A stretch of DNA of 63,701 nt, the filler included, from Reticulomyxa filosa (lineage: Eukaryota > Protista > Foraminifera), in assembly GCA_000512085.1 (NCBI GenBank). It is 15 parts of 15 records of this genome, joined end to end, with 100 filler letters (N's around TTAATTAATTAA, not from the genome) between each part and the next. Parts side by side here need not be neighbours in the genome. Positions count along the whole stretch, not along the records: positions 29,683 to 39,789 come from ASPP01011146.1; positions 39,890 to 41,041 come from ASPP01034413.1; positions 41,142 to 42,765 come from ASPP01035604.1; positions 42,866 to 46,544 come from ASPP01021689.1; positions 46,645 to 50,060 come from ASPP01003584.1; positions 50,161 to 51,567 come from ASPP01015603.1; 9 more parts are not named here. One strand, given 5' to 3'. Position numbers and translations under genes: made by a program. Shown here piece by piece: positions 37,961 through 50,874 of this stretch (within the stretch, counting starts at the first letter, position 1; each line of letters opens with the position of its first letter). The notes below the pieces were generated by a model. It did not search any database, was not told the DNA's origin, and was given only the letters and a program-made list of their open reading frames with translations.

Positions 37961-38327
37961 CAGTATAATGCAAAGTAAAGTTGACACCTAAAACAGCACC
38001 TTATAGAAATGATTGATTTTCTACATGAAAAAACAACATCCAGACTTAATTTTTTAAAAAATATCTACAAATCGTGTACTTTTTAAATATCATTTTGGTT
38101 TTTCCTTTTTTTTTTGTAGTAAGATTGTTTTTAATGAAAATTACAATATGGTTAAATCACTTTTTGCATTGTATACTGCTGTATTTTCTCTGGAATTGAT
38201 TTTGTTAAATTTGTGCATGTTCCTTTGTCATTTTTTTAACATTCTAATTCAAATTGTTTCCGGGATTCTTCTTTCGATCGGAATGGTCAATTTTTGAATA
38301 TTTTCGTTTTCAATATCCACCACAAAG
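37961..38327 (-). mobile_element. Truncated Tc1 copy: TIR plus 3' end of the transposase
   Basis: TA|CAGTATAATGCAAAGTAAAGTTGACACC TIR. Segment about 38150-38327 is collinear with about 2378-2555 (LWWILKTKIFKN). Confidence 0.88.
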
Positions 38328-39752
38328 TAGCGAAAGCGGACCTGGAAGCAGCATTGAAAGGCAATGCCGAAATATCGGCTTTTTGGGATAGCAGCGAGCA
38401 AACAGTATGTGTTTTTGGAAGCCATGAAGAGTGATCATCCAACAAGTCATTTTTTAGAACTCCTCGTTTCCATAGGACTGATAATGTGTGCATAAAGTCA
38501 CACAAAAAAAGCAGAAAGATTGCAAATGTGTGAAATTGTATTTGAGATGCAGATACAGTGGACGCAATGACTGGTCTGTATCATGAGTTGAAAGCGCACA
38601 AAGTGATAGTTATTGAATTGACTATCGATCTAATTATTGTTGCGAGAAAGACATTATATCGAAAGTGACAGATTTTCTACTGTGAATAGAAGTACTTGTG
38701 AAGTTTTGAAATAATTTAAGATTGTATGTAGTAGATATTACGAACTAGTATTTGCACCATTTACAATATTGAGAGGAAATTTGCAAGACTAAGTCGTTGT
38801 TCAGCATACACTGACTATTTAATAATATTTAAAAGCTATTTGACGTTAGTACATTCTTAGTGATTTGCTAAAATTTGTTGGTTCGATATGCAAACTTTAA
38901 ACATAATATGTATGACTAGCTAGCACAAATCGATTTGAGTAAGTTGAAGCATTCACTTAATTGTCATTTACTATGATATTTTCAATTAGTGTGACTATTA
39001 CATAAAAGCAGCTTTACGAATAATATAATGTTTTATGTGTTGTTGATTGAAAGCACAACAGTAGCTACGATTATCTAAGTTATGTAGTTCTGTCCGAACA
39101 TTATTGATATATCGAACGAAATTATATTAAACATACTTTGCAGTCTTGCAGCAAAATGATTGAATCATTTACATTGATAGTGTAAACGAACTGATTTTTA
39201 TACTGTATAGCAAATCAATATTGTCACTTCATTTAAGTGCAACTTTAGTAAATGCTAATTGAAACAACAATACTAATATATTTATCACTTTTCACGAACT
39301 AACTAGTAATTATATTTTCTGTAAATTTGGCATTTGATCAACATGACGACAGCATTTACACTAACAAAGGAAACTTCAAGTTCCGACATCATTAAGGTGA
39401 TTTCTTGAATAGCAAGTATTTGATTTGGCAAATACTTTATAAATCGTGCCAGAAATGTATTGTATGTCGATATGAATATTGACGTAAAGAGCAATCGCTT
39501 ACAAAAACTCGAACAATTCAAGCAATTGAAAAGCAAAACATTGAAAACTATATATTGCTAATCAGGTTTGTCAAAACAACGACTGACAATATTTCGATTG
39601 ACAGTAGCCGAAATATCGTAGTCACTTGGAAAACATTTCCAATAACTGTTTGACTTGTATAACTAACTGCAGGAATTGCAAATAGAATTTAGTTTCGAAC
39701 TTGTTGACTAATAAATAATGATCAGTCATTGTAATGATCTACAATCATAATA

Positions 39753-39789
39753 CAGTAGATTGCAAAAAAAACCGCCATACCTAAATGGC
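39753..39789. mobile_element. Probable TIR start of a related Tc1-like subfamily, cut by the contig end
   Basis: TA|CAGTAGATTGCAAAAAAAACCGCCATACCTAAATGGC resembles CAGTAGAATGCAAAGTAAAGTTGACACCTAAAATGGC. Confidence 0.55.
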
Positions 39790-41141
39790 NNNNNNNNNNN
39801 NNNNNNNNNNNNNNNNNNNNNNNNNNNNNNNNNTTAATTAATTAANNNNNNNNNNNNNNNNNNNNNNNNNNNNNNNNNNNNNNNNNNNNTTAAAGAAGCT
39901 GATATTAGTACAATTCACTGACGTTTTACTCACCTGCATGCTTACCCTGCTGTTTATACTGCTGACGTGACCTGATAGCCTGTCAGCGTCAGTGCCCAGT
40001 CTCTAGTATGATACGCTCTTGGTGCAAGGGTATCAAATTTTCAAACATGAGGGGTTTATAGGAACACTCATCCCGACAATATCTTGATCATGCCCGATGG
40101 ACGTGACCAACTCAAATACTTTTCCAAGGAGGAATTCATCATTGCAATGGTCGATCCCAACTTGGAATGTATTGTTAAAAAGGTCAATGAGAAATGGGAT
40201 TTCGATCCCAAATGATGGACCATCATTTTATCGAAGTCATGACCACTATTTAATTTGGTCGCTTAAATAATAATAACATTCGAAAGGCATGCCGAGTTTT
40301 TCACTTTTTTTTGAAACTTTGATGAGCATGTTAAAGTTCCGGGCAATTATCATTAGTTGAAAGAACATTCTTTCTCTTTGCGAGGCTTGCCTCAAACCGA
40401 TTAGATTTATGAAAGAACAGTAAATGACAATTTGCTAGAATGCGTGAAACGACGACAAGTGCAAAGGTATCTTTTTTTGGAGAGGTTCATCATCTTGTTT
40501 AATTCTCTACAAATCAAAAGCATCCAATTTTTTTTTTCAGATAATCTTTTCTCACCCAATCAAAAAATAAATAAATAAATGTAAAACGATTGAGATATAT
40601 ACATACACAGATAAATTTGATGAGATGAAAGATGATGGAATGGTGAGTAAGCATTTTTGCACGCATGAGGCTCCGAATATTTTGTTCTTGTTTTTTTTTG
40701 GAAATCATTAAAATACTTAGCACGGCAGCCTTTTTCATTTTTTTTGGAGATTGTGCCTTTTTTTTTGGTGTACGTGCATTTGTCTGTTTAAGTGAAAAGA
40801 ATTTTTAGATAAAAAAAGACAAATTTTTTTGCATTAAACTAATGATGAATACACAAAACAAACTCCAACAAATTGCATTTTCCAATTAATTCGGCATTTC
40901 TATAAATCGTTTGACACCAATTTAAAATTTTACAAATACATTCATTTGCCACAAACTTTTTGTGTTCTTATCTTAAAGTGGCTTTGTTGCTCATTTAGTG
41001 TCCAGTAGAAGTGGAGGGGGAAAAACTAGGAGAAAATATTGNNNNNNNNNNNNNNNNNNNNNNNNNNNNNNNNNNNNNNNNNNNNTTAATTAATTAANNN
41101 NNNNNNNNNNNNNNNNNNNNNNNNNNNNNNNNNNNNNNNNN

Positions 41142-42765
41142 TTTATGCAATTGTGAAATGTATTGCACGTCCATATCTTTTGTTGTTTCATCAATGCCAC
41201 ATAATATTTCTTCAGCAAGGATTGAAGCTCCATTTCTATTTTGATCTTTGCAGAAGCTTCAATGTTTGAGCCAATAAGTTGTTTCGATTCGACCCAATAG
41301 ATGGACTCTTCCCATTTGAGTGACTACAAATGCAGGGACGTCACTGGAAAAGGCGTGGTTTGACAACGAAGAAACAAAAGTAGAGATATCCAAGGCTTGA
41401 TCAGAAGAAGTGAGGATTTGTATTAGCAGATGATTGTGGCTTCAAGGCAATTATTAATAGTTGATGAATAATGGATTCATTGTTTGCAATGTTATTGGAA
41501 AAGAATGGAGGATAGTCATGTAAAAAGTGATCAGTCTGTGATATGCTAGCAGACACATCATTGGGGTCATCAGTAGGTCAATACACATAACTCACGTCAT
41601 TGATACCATTTTTTCCAACGATCGGCAATTTATAAGTATGTTTGGTCGTTGTTTTTTTTTGGACCTTGCGGGATTTACTTCTGTTTCTTCCAAGACAATA
41701 TAACGACAGTCCAAACTCAAGCACATGCGCTTTATCTGCTTGTTCAATTCAATAATATCAGGTCTCGACAACGCATTTTTTGTTTTTTTTTGAAACGAGA
41801 ATACGAGATCCATACAAGGTGATAAAGGCACCGTTGACCAGTACCGCAATTCTTTCGTAATCTGTCATTTTGTATTTGACAGCAAGTTCCATACAATTGT
41901 TGGCAATGTATCCTTGTAATTGATTCCATTCTTGGACAAGCTTGTTATTATTCGATCTTTGTCTTTGCTTGTTTGTTATCAATATCTGCATGTGTTCATA
42001 TTCACTGGATAAATGTCCATATCTTCAAATCAATACCACAAATTCTGAAGCCAAGCATTTGCCAAAAAAGCGCAAAATCCACACAACATGGGCTGTCCGA
42101 TTGCAAGTCCAACATTTATATTTGGCCAATATATGCCAATAGTACTCCAATTAATCCAAATTCAAGCAAAAAAATACAGAACTGACTATAGACGGTCATT
42201 TGATACAATAGAGTGAGTACCTTACTAATTTCGTTTGATTCGTGTTTCAGAAGAACACACAGTAGTTCTTTTCCTTTTGGTCGATCCAATTGAAAAGCAT
42301 AATATTCCCCCCACCATGGTTGGATCGATCATGAAACATCTGCTGTTCGAAATACTCGTCAATACTAATCTTGGTCCAAACTTCGTTCGCTCTGCTAATC
42401 ATCGCGTTGACCACTCCGTCTTCGGACTTGGATTCCATTTCACATTTGACTCATACTCGGATCAAATATCCAAAGACTCTTTTTTTTGGGATGGCTTGTT
42501 TGTATTGGCGTTCACTTTGTCCTTTTGGCAAAGTAGCGGATAGCATGATCGAACGCGATCCAACGCTGCTTTGTCTATGTTCATATCCTATGTTGATTAA
42601 TGTTAAGTCTTTGATTAATCTTCAACACGCACCACACTCCATTATTTGACCATATCTGCATACCAGATCATAACCCTTTAACAGCGCATACATATTGTCA
42701 TTGTCCATGTGTGAAAATAAGTCATTTAACAAGTACCAAATTTCGTCCAACAGCATTTGCACTTC
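41142..42765 (-). pseudogene. Decayed intronless coding sequence of an unidentified large protein
   Basis: Coding-like composition across the whole contig, with short staggered minus-strand ORFs (42247-42438, 41758-41991, 41592-41849) broken by stops and frameshifts. Confidence 0.45.
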
Positions 42766-42865
42766 NNNNNNNNNNNNNNNNNNNNNNNNNNNNNNNNNNN
42801 NNNNNNNNNTTAATTAATTAANNNNNNNNNNNNNNNNNNNNNNNNNNNNNNNNNNNNNNNNNNNN

Positions 42866-45274
42866 TTTTGAATATTTAATAGGCAGGTTAAAAAGTAAAA
42901 GTGTGAATCTTTGATTGTCATGTGTAAGAGCACTTGGAATACTTTCAGAAAAATGGAACACAAAACAATTGGATTTTATTTTTCAATGTCTGATCAACGG
43001 ATTTCAAAATAAAAATGGATATGATTACTTTACCTCGATATATTTACTTGAAGAAACTGCAATGAAATTAAATGGAGTACAAGTTAATGTTCTCTTCTCA
43101 TGTCTGACGGACAGAGCCAAAGATAACAATAAAGATATTCGTCAATCATGTGCAAAAGCCATTGGATATCTCTCAAGAAAATTAAACGAGAAACAAATTG
43201 ATTATGCTTTCCAATATTTGGTGAATGGATTAAAAGACGAGGACAAATATGTATGTAAATCATGTATAGAATCACTTGAAGTACTTTCGGCAATATTGAA
43301 TCCGATACAATTGGAAGAAGTGTTTAAAGTTCTATTGAATGTCTCTAAAAACTTGATGAAATCTTACAACAGCCAACAGAAAGATAGCGAATGTATTAAA
43401 GCACTTCAGGCAATATCTGTGAAATTAAACGATCATCAATTGTATTTGTTAGTGGAACATCTGTTGGAAAAAGCAAAACATAGACCAACAGTGTATACGT
43501 ACAATGCATTATCAGAAATGTCCAAAGATATGTGGAAACGTGTGATAATTACTGTGTTAAAAAAGGAGGAAAATCAGAATAAACTGATGAATAAAGACTC
43601 TCAAAGTAATTTTTGGAAATTGTTTTCCAACAATGCAAATGTGAATGAGCAAAAACAAAAAAACAGCAAAGAAATGGAATTATTGGCATTTGGTTTATTT
43701 CTGGTTAATCCTCGTATTCAATTGAATTGTAATGATGATAATATCACTTTGGATCCCCTACATGAACTAATACTATATTACTATAAGCAAGCTACTGAAT
43801 GGGGTTTTCCAAACCTCCAATCAAAATGGGATCATACAATGATAATAATATTCCATATCCACAACATGCTAATGATAATAATATTCCATGTCCACAACGT
43901 GCTAATGATAAGACATACCAAAGACATTACACTGTTGTTCATGCAGCAGCACAACTAGGAAACTTGTCACAATTCAAGCTGGTATTGCAGAACAATCCTC
44001 ACATTGATATAAATGATTCATATAATGAACATCGACAAACTCCATTGCGTTTAGCAGTCGATAATCAACATTGGGATATTGCTCGCTATTGCATTGAAAA
44101 AGGGGCATACATTGATATCAGAGAGGGTGTTGTCAATTCTCTTATTCTAAGTACTCCTTTTGAAAATATCATGAAATTCATTATGAAACACAAAAAGAAT
44201 AAGAATAGCAAAGAGTTCTTAGATGCAACGGAAATGGGTAAATGGATATTAAGACAACGAATTATGTATCCAATAAAGCGAATTGAATATGCAATTGATT
44301 ATGGAAAAAACAATGAAAATGATATAACACAAATCATCGATGAAGAAGGTTATGAAACATTGCTGGAAGAAAGTGCAGCATTCTTGTTGGGAGTAAATCA
44401 AACAGAATTAAAAGAAATATTAATCAAAAATAATTTATTGTATTGGGCTGCTAGTCGAAATATAATACGCATTAAAGATGAAGGATGGTACTCAATGACA
44501 TTTTTAATATTTCGAATATTTCTGTTATTCGAAATATGTGTCAACTTGAGAAAAGAAGAAAGACATTTTATTGGATTACCAAAGGGTACAACATTTGAAC
44601 AAGTATATGAAAAATTGGTAAGAGAATTGCAAGTGCAATTGACAACTTATTGGGATTACGTTACCACCGAAGAATTCAAACACAAATGTCCAGATTTGTT
44701 TGAAGATTGGAGTTGCAATGTGGTGGATCGTTTGATGAATTTAAAACCATGGTGTGAAGTGACTTTAGTGGTTGGTCATGACGGCCATTGTATTTATTTA
44801 AGTTTGTGTAAGACATTAGATTCCATTTTGGTGCGGGTAGACAATCGATGGATGAAAACAGTTCCAGCAAATACACCCCATCCAAAAAATGAGCTTGGAT
44901 TGATACAACCCTATTTAGTTGCTTATTTCAATGTAAATAGTTCAAACATTGATAAAAACAAAAAGTGGTTGAAAGAGTATATTAAAAATGCAACTAAATT
45001 GAGAGAAAGTGATAGCGAAGAGAGTATGAGACATTTGTATTGTAGTGATAATAATAAATCATCTTTTCCTTGTGAGGGGAATGTGTTATCAATTGTGAAA
45101 CATTGGCCATATCGTCCAATTGAAACAGGTTCATTTTGTTATTTGCGGAGTAATAATGTTGGGTATCGGATTCGTTTGGGCGATGTTATCTATACATGGG
45201 TTAAAAATCAAGAATACAAAAGTTTTGTATTTAACACAACCAATTACAACACAGTTATTAATGAAACAAATTAG
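42866..45274 (+). CDS. HEAT-repeat + ankyrin-repeat protein with an uncharacterised C-terminal domain; 5' partial, 1-nt frameshift at about 43830
   Basis: HEAT units (KDNNKDIRQSCAKAIG; LKDEDKYVCKSCIESL) in ORF 42915..43958. Ankyrin units (VHAAAQLGN; QTPLRLAVDNQHWDIARYCIEKGA) in the overlapping ORF 43799..45274. Confidence 0.8.
43838..43911 (+). repeat. 33-bp coding tandem repeat (NDNNIPYPQHA / NDNNIPCPQRA)
   Basis: AATGATAATAATATTCCAT(A/G)TCCACAAC(A/G)TGCT, about 2.2 copies. Confidence 0.85.
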
Positions 45275-45699
45275 TATGAATAAATCAATAATGAAAGTAT
45301 TTTCAAAGTCAGATAGTCATTTCGTAAAAGTGGAGATAACACATGTTGTAAAAACAGGTAGTTGTTTAAATATTTGTAATTTCATTTTACTCCGTTAAAT
45401 TCTTTCAAAGCAAAGGTGAAAAAAGGAAAAATTACAATGTATGATCGAGCTGTACACAAATAATTTCAATGTGTGTGTTCATGCAAAGTTTAAAATGCAA
45501 TTTTTGCTTTTTTTTCTCTTTAAAATGTTAAAAACAAAAAAACTAAAATCGGCCAGTTAAAGTTCCGTTAATAACCCGTACTCTTTTTTGGCGCTACTTT
45601 GCTTAAAAGAATGTTATTTGTCTTGGCCTTCCTCTGGTAGGTTTCCATTTTGGGGAAAAGCGCAGCACTATGTAATTATGCCTTTGTATTTGGGTAAGT

Positions 45700-46544
45700 G
45701 AAAGAATGTTCGAAACTTACAAACAAGCCAATATACCTTGTACTGTTGGATTAAGAGAGGATCATTAAAAAAAAAAAGGGAACCTATGGCCAATACTTCC
45801 GTCGGACTCAGGCATTTCCCAAACATCGTGGAAGATTTTTTGTTTACACGACGGAACGGCGGCACTTCAGTACTTTAACAATTGGAATTGCAATGGATCA
45901 TTAACGAGCTACACTCGGTTTGAAGCGTTATTTTTTACGTAGTACATGTACATATAAAAAAAAAGATTGGAAAATGCCCGTTGCAATGGAACAGAAGACT
46001 GCTATGTGTCAAGAACGAACTATTTGAGCGATTCGTATTTTACCAGTGTACCTTGTGGAACGGACAACCTGTACTATATGTATATGGTATTGTCCACTAC
46101 TGGCGAATGCCTTGACGTGGAGTTCATTTTTTTGTTCTTTCTTTTTTTTATACGTATGTATGAGTGTAACAAAAGCAGAACATTAATGTATGAAATTATG
46201 AATCAGGAATAACCAAACTGAGAAGTGGGCTTGCAACAACTATCGGCTGACAGCTGCAAAGTTACGTATAATATAGTATTGTGAAAGACTTGCGTTTCTC
46301 TCCCCCCCCTTTGTAACGAATAAAATGATAAAAATCAATGTTTGTGTGAATGACAGCTTTAAAGACAAAAGCTGCAAAAAAGCAAATCAATTTGGAAAAA
46401 CTTATGAGGACTCGTGCAAGTAAGGAGCAACTAAGACGATGTGCAAAATCAACTGCAGTGCAACAGACGAACCATTGCCACCATACTATCATCAGAACAA
46501 TGCTTATGCTTTATGGTTTGTTCCTCTTTTTGTTTGTTTCAGTT
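45700..46544 (+). CDS. Cys-rich, probably extracellular, multi-exon protein fragment (possibly a pseudogene)
   Basis: Segments SWKIFCLHDGTAALQYFNNWNCNGS, ARCNGTEDCYV...VPCG...TGECLD, EKWACNN and FKDKSCKK, separated by GT-AG introns. An in-frame TAA near 46421. Confidence 0.4.
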
Positions 46545-46697
46545 NNNNNNNNNNNNNNNNNNNNNNNNNNNNNNNNNNNNNNNNNNNNTTAATTAATTAA
46601 NNNNNNNNNNNNNNNNNNNNNNNNNNNNNNNNNNNNNNNNNNNNGCTCATATTTGTATGCGTTCAGACCAAATAAAAACCCAACAAAAAAAAGGTAA

Positions 46698-47196
46698 CTT
46701 GTAAAGACTCATATTTTCCTAAATAAATGAGCCTTGTCGACGTCGCAATGTGCAATTTGCGGACCTCGTCGACAAATACTTGACATTCGGCAGTTTCTCT
46801 GGTAATGGGATCTTCGGCATAAATCATGGAAGTCATGCGGCCGTCATTGGGCGAGGATATGGCACTTACGACGACCTCACGTGAGGTATGTTCTGGACAT
46901 TGGTCCGCTGGCTTCTTTTGTTGAACTGGTCGGAGGTGGACCACTGCTGTGTTTTCTGCTTGCCACTTCACACATCCTTTCGATTTTCCTCCATTTGCGG
47001 ATATCTTAAATCGCACCGGATTGCTTACATCACTTGAAAACGGAAATAACAGCGTCACATGACTCAGTGCCAAGCCAAGGTTTGAACCCGCATTGGCAGT
47101 GTAGGGCTCACTCAGACCATAGAATATACTGAGAAAGATAATAATCAAAGAGAGAGAATGCCTTATAATGAAATGCGGAAATAATTCATACACCAT
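46698..47196 (-). CDS. NUP210: Nuclear pore membrane glycoprotein gp210 (Nup210), first exon, 3' partial
   Basis: Signal peptide, then LLFPFS...GCVKW...TSMIYAEDPIT...CQVFVDEVRKLHIATSTRLIYL, matching the gp210 N-terminal Ig-like pattern. Confidence 0.82.
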
Positions 47197-47644
47197 TGTT
47201 CACTACCTAAAACCCAACTCTTTTCCCATTCACACCACTCCCTTTTGTCCTTTTTATTTTGTGTGGCTTGCAAAAGTCGAGACGTCGATTTAAATGAATG
47301 AGCTTCACAAATGTTTTGGCTTCTCCAAGAAAAGACTTATTAAACTTATGCGATCCATTTACGAAATATACATAACACAAAAAATTAAATGTAAGGATTA
47401 AAAGTTATTGAATAAACTAATTTTAAATAAAAAAACAATTGAAATTTTTTAAAATTGAGTTACAAAATTGTTGCTGTGAAGGAGATCAGAGTTGTCTGAC
47501 CAGATAACAAAATTGCAAGAAAAAACATAGATAAAAGAAAATTTATGGGTTGTTACTTATTACTTTGAAAATGATTTTCAATTAAGAAATACAAAGCAGT
47601 TCAACTACGACTGTTTTTCAAATGTTTCCAAAAAAAAAATAAAA

Positions 47645-48573
47645 TTAATGATCGCTTTGTGTTGGCTTCTCTTCTGATTGTTTGTCATTTGGATCGTCAA
47701 TATCCATATGTTGCATATACGACACGTATCCATTCCAACCCAAGGCCACACTAAACAATAGTTAATTCGAAAATCCAAGTCAATCCACAAACAAGCCATG
47801 ACACAATCCGAAGCAACACAACCATGCAAAAAAAAAAAACAAAAAAACTTACAAGTTGACAACCAACACGCGGTAATGCAACGGCACGAAAAAGAAATTG
47901 AACATTTGTGTGAAAGGCCAAATGGATAAGTTCATTTTATAGGTCGGCCATAACTGCGTCTTCACTCGGTTTATCACTTGCTCTTTTGAACCACCATCCT
48001 ATCCACCATAACCCAATACCCCTTTTTTTTTTTCCCTCTCCCCATGTCCAAAAAAACAACCAAAAAAAAAAATTCGAACCAGAATCGTATTGAACGTGAA
48101 CACGAAGGCGATGCAATAGGGGGAAAAAAAAGCTTGGTCAAAAAACATTTGGCGAAATGCCGCAAGCAATGTTTCACCTCCTAAATATCTGTTGAGAAAA
48201 CCATACCACAATGCCAATTGTGCACCCAAGAAACATCCGACTAATGCAAATCTGAATGATCTGTGACGTTGCCACTTAAATGGTTTTGTGTGTTCCTCAT
48301 TATATAAGCGATAGTGATGTTCAATCTTTTGAGACATTATATCTCCAAGGAATCCTATTATCGATGTTGAACATATTCCTGTTCGGACGGGATATTTCAT
48401 CGACTACACTTTTTTTTTTTTTGGAGAGTAAGTTCGTTATGGGTTGGCGTTCTTGTTTGTTGTATTGTTTGTATTCCTCTTTTGTTGGTTGTTTTAGGCC
48501 TCCTCAAACAAACGGTTTATTTCCAAACCAATGTGGAATATGTATTGATAAATGAGGTCAGAACGCGTGCCAT
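47645..48573 (-). CDS. Mpv17/PMP22 family membrane protein, about 4 exons
   Basis: YPVRT...GDIMSQ, RSFRFALVG, WYGFL, FDQAFFSP, PTYKMNLSIWPFTQMFNFFFVPLHYRVLVVN, GWNGYVSY. Confidence 0.92.
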
Positions 48574-48874
48574 TTCCACAGTCAATGTTCCACAGTGAAA
48601 AGATTTGATTGATTAATAAATATATTTATGCTGGGTTCCTTTCCTTGACACATTTCTGTTTTTTTTGAACAGTTCACAGCAAATACACCTCTGAAGTCTT
48701 GTTCTGTATTTAATACAAAGGATTTTGTTTTGTGTTTAAACACTTGATCAACAACACCAGATTTTAGAGCAATAGCAAAGACTAAGTTTTGAAGAAATAC
48801 GTAAGATCAAACGACAGCCTCTTTTGCATAATATGGCTTTTATCCATAATCATTACACATGATAAACTGCGGAG

Positions 48875-49363
48875 TATAGGGCAAGCCTCCACTTGTAAGG
48901 CAGAGTTCCAAGGAAACTGTGGAGCCCGATTGAGGTAGAACTTTCTTCATAAGATCATGCGTTACTTTTCTTATTGCACTGTTTCTTTTATCGTTTTTTT
49001 TCCTTAATTCAACTTTTTGCTCTGATTTGAAATTTGCTTGAAGAGGCTACATTTTTGTATTACACTAACTTTTCTAGTAACTGACCTCACTACTCCACAG
49101 AAGAAGGGAATATTGGCCAAAATGTGGTAATGGAAACTGTGGGGTGTCTACTGTAGAGAGCTACACTAAATGTAATACAAAAAGTTTTACTCGAATTGAG
49201 AGTGGCTTTCAGTAAAACAAAGTAAATTAAATAGCCAAAATGAATAACTCAATAAGTAAGAAAACAAACAAGAAGTGAAGAAAAGTTGGTGGAGAAGTTT
49301 AACCCAATGGGAGTTCATCAGTTCCATAAGGGTTCAGCCATGTGTAATAGGGCTTGCCCTACA
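48875..49363. mobile_element. Foldback/MITE-like element (or solo LTR) of about 490 bp with nested inverted repeats
   Basis: Terminal IR TATAGGGCAAGCC / GGCTTGCCCTACA (12/13). Inner perfect IR TTTTTGTATTACA (49052-64) / TGTAATACAAAAA (49171-83). Both centre on the TTGGCCAA palindrome near 49116. Confidence 0.6.
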
Positions 49364-50160
49364 AAAGGAACGAGGTTATGAACTAGATTATTGGGATTAT
49401 TAAGTTGAGAAAGATACCTCAATGACTATGGAAAAAGACATTACTCTGAAAAATACAGATGCGTGTATTTATTTACTCTTTGTGATTGATAAACGACAAA
49501 CTCTCAAAGAAACGTATTGTAGCTTGTCTAGACTGAAATGTTAAGCGTAATACGAATAGTTGCTCTTTAAAAAATCTTTCAAAAACAAATTAGTTTAAAT
49601 AAAAGAAGAATATAAACAACAACGACAATAACAACAACAAGAGAATAAGAGATGTTGGCAGAAAAGGTAAGTAAGTTGCTGTAAAAAAGGGGTTTCCTGA
49701 GTTACGCAGGAACTTCCCTTTATACTGTTAGGGCCTTGCCCTACAGTATTGTGGAAGGACAAATTTGTTTTATTGTTGAAAATGGATAATTTTTTTCTTG
49801 AAATTCTACTTTTGTTGTGTGCGGCGATTCCTTTTATTCATATTAAACCCTTTTAATATAAAAAAACTGATATTTCATAAAATTAATTTCAATTGAACAA
49901 GATGATTCATTGAATAGCAAATTAAATAATTGCAAAATATGAATAAAGAGTTGCAATTACAGTTGAAAAATGAAAAATTACATGATGGAAAGAAAAAAGG
50001 AGATTTGTTGAATCGGAGTAACTCCAGCTTCTTTTTGTCAGTTCTTCTTTTTAGCTCTGTNNNNNNNNNNNNNNNNNNNNNNNNNNNNNNNNNNNNNNNN
50101 NNNNTTAATTAATTAANNNNNNNNNNNNNNNNNNNNNNNNNNNNNNNNNNNNNNNNNNNN

Positions 50161-50519
50161 AAAAAAAAGTGCAATGAAAGTACACGTAACCCAAATTTGT
50201 AAATTTTACCAAGATCGTTTTCGGTGAGCTTTACCTCCTCTGCTCCTACCAGCTCTATCATCCCTTTCAACTCTTTCTTTGTTTCGTCTTGAAAGTACTC
50301 CATCAGTCTTGTGTCGTACAATACTAACCATCTTTCATATTTCCCACCCCACCCAAAACAAATAAATACTCTGAAATCACCCTTGGCAACGAGGCCGTCA
50401 CTCTAACTTTAAGACATGGCAGGGATACACACAAATAGCCACAAACCAAACCTCCTATGCCAAGTGGGACTCCAGACTGGCCCACATTTTTCTATCCAAC
50501 CCTCTTTTACTACTGCCAT
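50161..50519 (-). CDS. PH-domain protein, N-terminal fragment
   Basis: MAVVKEGWIEKCGPVWSPTWHRR|WLVLYDTRLMEYFQDE...KGMIEL follows the PH beta1-beta4 pattern. Confidence 0.8.
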
Positions 50520-50874
50520 TATTGATGTTTTTATATTATAGTTTTTTTTTCTTCTAGTCCCTCTGAGTTAGAGTGTTTTTTTTTTGACATAAGCGCTTGT
50601 TGCTGCTATTGCATTAGACAACAAATTTAATCCATTTTTACAAGAATTATGCAAACTGAGGCATTTGTCCGTATAACTCAGACGAACAAAAGCAACGACT
50701 TGCCAATTCTTTTTCTTGAGGATTGTACACGCTTTTCTTTGTTAATTCACAGAAATAAATGACAGTAAGTTAGCAAAATCTCTTCTGACACAGCATTTAA
50801 AAAAAGTGAAAACTTTTATTAGCCCTTGCTGTGCTAAAATATCGAGCATAATCTCTCCAAAGAAAAAAAAATAA

